Part shown: piece after piece, positions 62,227-64,000 of the stretch
Layout: each line of letters opens with the position of its first letter
How positions within the stretch are numbered: position 1 is the stretch's first letter
Assembly: GCA_964635045.1 (NCBI GenBank)
Contig: CAZWMJ010000004.1
Location: forward strand, 2,205 to 66,204
Direction: 5' to 3'
Length of the DNA: 64,000 nt
Source: an uncultured Gammaproteobacteria bacterium
GTDB lineage: Bacteria; Patescibacteriota; Microgenomatia; Levybacterales; UBA12049
The notes under the pieces: generated by a model
Databases searched by the model: none
Seen by the model: the letters and a program-made list of their open reading frames with translations, nothing else
Told to the model about the DNA's origin: nothing
Program-made: the position numbers and the translations under genes

Positions 62227-62302
62227 TTGGCGTGCCCGAGAGGAATCGAACCTCCAACCGCCTGGACCGCAACCAGGTGTTCTATCCGTTGAACTACGGG
62301 CA
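62227..62302 (-). tRNA. tRNA-Arg (anticodon GCG), CCA encoded
   Basis: Manual fold. Acceptor GTGCCCG pairs with CGGGCAC. The anticodon arm is CCTGG-TTGCGGT-CCAGG and the T-loop is TTCGATT. Confidence 0.75.
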
Positions 62303-62367
62303 CAAGATATTACTATTTTATCTTATTGCCAACTTTGAAGCAAATGCAGTACAATTGCACCATCTTT

Positions 62368-62865
62368 ATGAAATTTGAATTTTCAGCAGGTGGGGTTGTC
62401 TTCCGACAAGCCCATCCTGAGCGAAGTCGAAGGATACAAGATAAATTTACCAAAGATAATATTGTAGTTTTAGTTTGCCAACATTCTCAGCATCATGGCT
62501 GGGTATTTCCCAAAGGCTTGATTGGTGATAAGCAAAAAGGCGAGAAAAAGGAAGATACGGCTGTTAGGGAAGTAGAGGAGGAGACCGGCGTGGTTGGCAA
62601 GATAACAAAAGAATTGGACCCGGTCAGTTATTGGTATAATTTTTCCGGGGAAAAAGTTAAAAAAACTGTCTATTATTTTTTGATGGAATATGTATCGGGC
62701 GATATTAAAAATCATGATTGGGAAATGGAAAATGTGGAATGGCTGCCGGTTGAGGAAGTTGAAAAGAGGTTGACCTATAAGTCTGATAAAGAAGTTTGGA
62801 AAGAAGCGAAAAAGCTATTAGCAACCCCGGCCTCGCCGAGCAAAGCGGGGCGGGCTAGCCATTAG
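62368..62865 (+). CDS. Nudix hydrolase
   Basis: The Nudix box is GKQKGEKKEDTAVREVEEETGV. The start is chosen at MKFEFSAGGVVF. An in-frame mini-repeat (AHPERSRRIQ) interrupts the N-terminal strand. Confidence 0.8.
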   Translation: MKFEFSAGGVVFRQAHPERSRRIQDKFTKDNIVVLVCQHSQHHGWVFPKGLIGDKQKGEKKEDTAVREVEEETGVVGKITKELDPVSYWYNFSGEKVKKTVYYFLMEYVSGDIKNHDWEMENVEWLPVEEVEKRLTYKSDKEVWKEAKKLLATPASPSKAGRASH

Positions 62866-62883
62866 CAATTAGCTACCAGCTTT

Positions 62884-62967
62884 GGAGGAGTCGCATAGCG
62901 GCCCATTGCACGTGCTTGGAAAGCACGCGAGCGCAAGCTCACGTGGGTTCAAATCCCACCTCCTCCG
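62884..62967 (+). tRNA. tRNA-Ser (anticodon GGA)
   Basis: Manual fold. Acceptor GGAGGAG pairs with CTCCTCC. The anticodon arm is CGTGC-TTGGAAA-GCACG. There is a 15-nt variable arm and T-loop TTCAAAT. Confidence 0.85.
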
Positions 62968-63009
62968 CTTAGATAATGGCAAAAATCGCCAAAGCATTGG
63001 GCATTTCAT

Positions 63010-63636
63010 ATGGAAAACCTCGTCTTAATCAGCACAATTTTAGCTATTCATGTTTTTGTATGGTTTACACCTGGCCCTCTTTTTGTGTTAATCGTTAGAA
63101 ACTCGTTGATGTATTCGCGCAAGACCGGCATATGGACGGCAGTTGGAATCGCGGTGGGAAATGTTATTCATATCACATACTCTGTTACTGGAATTGCGCT
63201 CATTATTTCAACGTCCGATATAGCATTTAGCATCATCAAATTTCTGGGAGTTGGGTATCTTACCTATCTCGGTATAAAAACGATATTTTTAAAAATTAAA
63301 TTACAAAAAACAGACGCCGCATTTAACGAACATAAAAATATTTCGCCCTTTAGTGCTGTCAAAATCGGGTTCTTAACAAACATATTGAGCCCAATGGCGT
63401 CGCTATTCTTCGCAAGTATTTTTGCAACGGTAATGGGGTCAGGCGCGCCATTTTGGGTTGTCGTGTTCTTATGGATTGCAATGCCGCTCAATTCGTTTGT
63501 GATGGCCTCACTTCTTTCAGTGTTTCTCACACAGAAAAGCATCAGATTTATTTACGCAAAATATGAAAACATCGTTAACAAGTTCCTTGGAGCGGCATTG
63601 CTAGTATTTGCAATAATAATTGCACTTCACAAATAG
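63010..63636 (+). CDS. LysE/RhtB family amino-acid exporter
   Basis: 208 aa with 6 TM helices. The N-terminal PGPLFVLIVRNSL...G pattern is typical of the LysE family. Confidence 0.75.
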   Translation: MENLVLISTILAIHVFVWFTPGPLFVLIVRNSLMYSRKTGIWTAVGIAVGNVIHITYSVTGIALIISTSDIAFSIIKFLGVGYLTYLGIKTIFLKIKLQKTDAAFNEHKNISPFSAVKIGFLTNILSPMASLFFASIFATVMGSGAPFWVVVFLWIAMPLNSFVMASLLSVFLTQKSIRFIYAKYENIVNKFLGAALLVFAIIIALHK

Positions 63637-63685
63637 AAATAATTTGCCGCCGCCTCATCAGCAGGAATTGGTTTATAATATAGTT

Positions 63686-64000
63686 ATGAGATTTGTTTTG
63701 CGCTCAAAAATTCACAAGGCAATTGTGACTGAAGCTGATTTGGATTACATCGGCAGTATCACCATTGACGAAGATCTCATCGAAAAAGCCGGTTTTTGGG
63801 TTGGGGAGAAAGTGCTGGTGGTCAGCAATACCACAGGCGCCCGTTTGGAAACTTACCTCATTATTGGTGAGCGTCACAGCGGAATTATCTGCATGAATGG
63901 GGCCGCCGCCCATCTTATTAAGAAAAATGAGGAGATTATTGTGATGGGATTTGAACTGACAGACAAACCTATAAAATCTAAGAATATATTGGTTGACAGA
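63686..64000 (+). CDS. panD: aspartate 1-decarboxylase (3' end outside the window)
   Basis: Manual translation gives MRFVLRSKIHKAIVTEADLDYIGSITIDEDLIEKAGFWVGEKVLVVSNTTGARLETYLIIGERHSGIICMNGAAAHL. It includes the self-processing G-S site (YIGSITID). It is absent from the ORF track because no stop codon falls in the window. Confidence 0.88.
   Translation, partial: MRFVLRSKIHKAIVTEADLDYIGSITIDEDLIEKAGFWVGEKVLVVSNTTGARLETYLIIGERHSGIICMNGAAAHLIKKNEEIIVMGFELTDKPIKSKNILVDR

Noticed and set aside
63704-63913. Minus-strand 69-aa ORF near the window end.
   Set aside because: It is antisense to the plus-strand sequence that translates into an unmistakable PanD (aspartate decarboxylase) N-terminus.
1-64000. 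Possible use of an alternative genetic code (UGA reassigned, as in some CPR lineages).
   Set aside because: Conserved genes (dnaA, dnaN, yidC, thiD/E/L, virB4) give full-length products with the standard code. TGA terminates several well-delimited genes, for example at 5784.

Overview
The window looks like a chromosomal segment of a small, AT-rich, standard-code bacterium, probably from the Candidate Phyla Radiation (Patescibacteria). The lineage call is inference from gene content: a DUF4012-type protein, T4SS-pilin-type mini proteins and PELVEG-type mini-repeats. The segment spans the replication-origin neighbourhood (rpmH-rnpA-yidD-yidC-jag on the minus strand, dnaA-dnaN on the plus strand). 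Housekeeping genes I can support are fbp (partial), an SSS transporter, rnhA, thiE-thiL-thiD, a Nudix hydrolase, a LysE exporter, panD (partial), and a cluster of six tRNAs holding all four Ser isoacceptors plus two Arg. About two thirds of the window is accessory and looks like one distributed host- or cell-interaction system.
(1) A Gram-positive-style type IV secretion core operon: PrgI/VirB3-like, VirB4 ATPase, a VirB1-like lysozyme-fold protein and small partners. A VirB6/TrbL-like polytopic protein and four tandem VirB2/TrbC-like pilin paralogs lie elsewhere.
(2) Two giant genes (1839 and 2173 aa) share an apparently identical 1255-bp 5' module and the same promoter hexamers but have unrelated bodies. 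An HTH-phosphoribosyltransferase gene sits between them.
(3) A three-member protein family has a conserved N-terminal module of about 230 aa, a Pro/Thr linker and three unrelated C-terminal modules. One carries HExxH and one carries a CE-clan-like His/Asn/Gln-Cys pattern. One member is inserted between rpmH and dnaA.
(4) Two cell-wall-active multidomain enzymes (a double glycoside hydrolase, and an LCP plus amidase_3 protein) share a tandem 20-aa N-terminal motif.
(5) Two paralogous AbiEii-type toxin/antitoxin pairs bracket the giant-gene block.
(6) An AAA+/OmpR-type winged-helix regulator lies next to a motif-array intergenic region.
Several small repeat families are also present, some embedded in-frame in CDSs. 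All family assignments come from reading motifs by eye. No database search or numeric composition analysis was possible.
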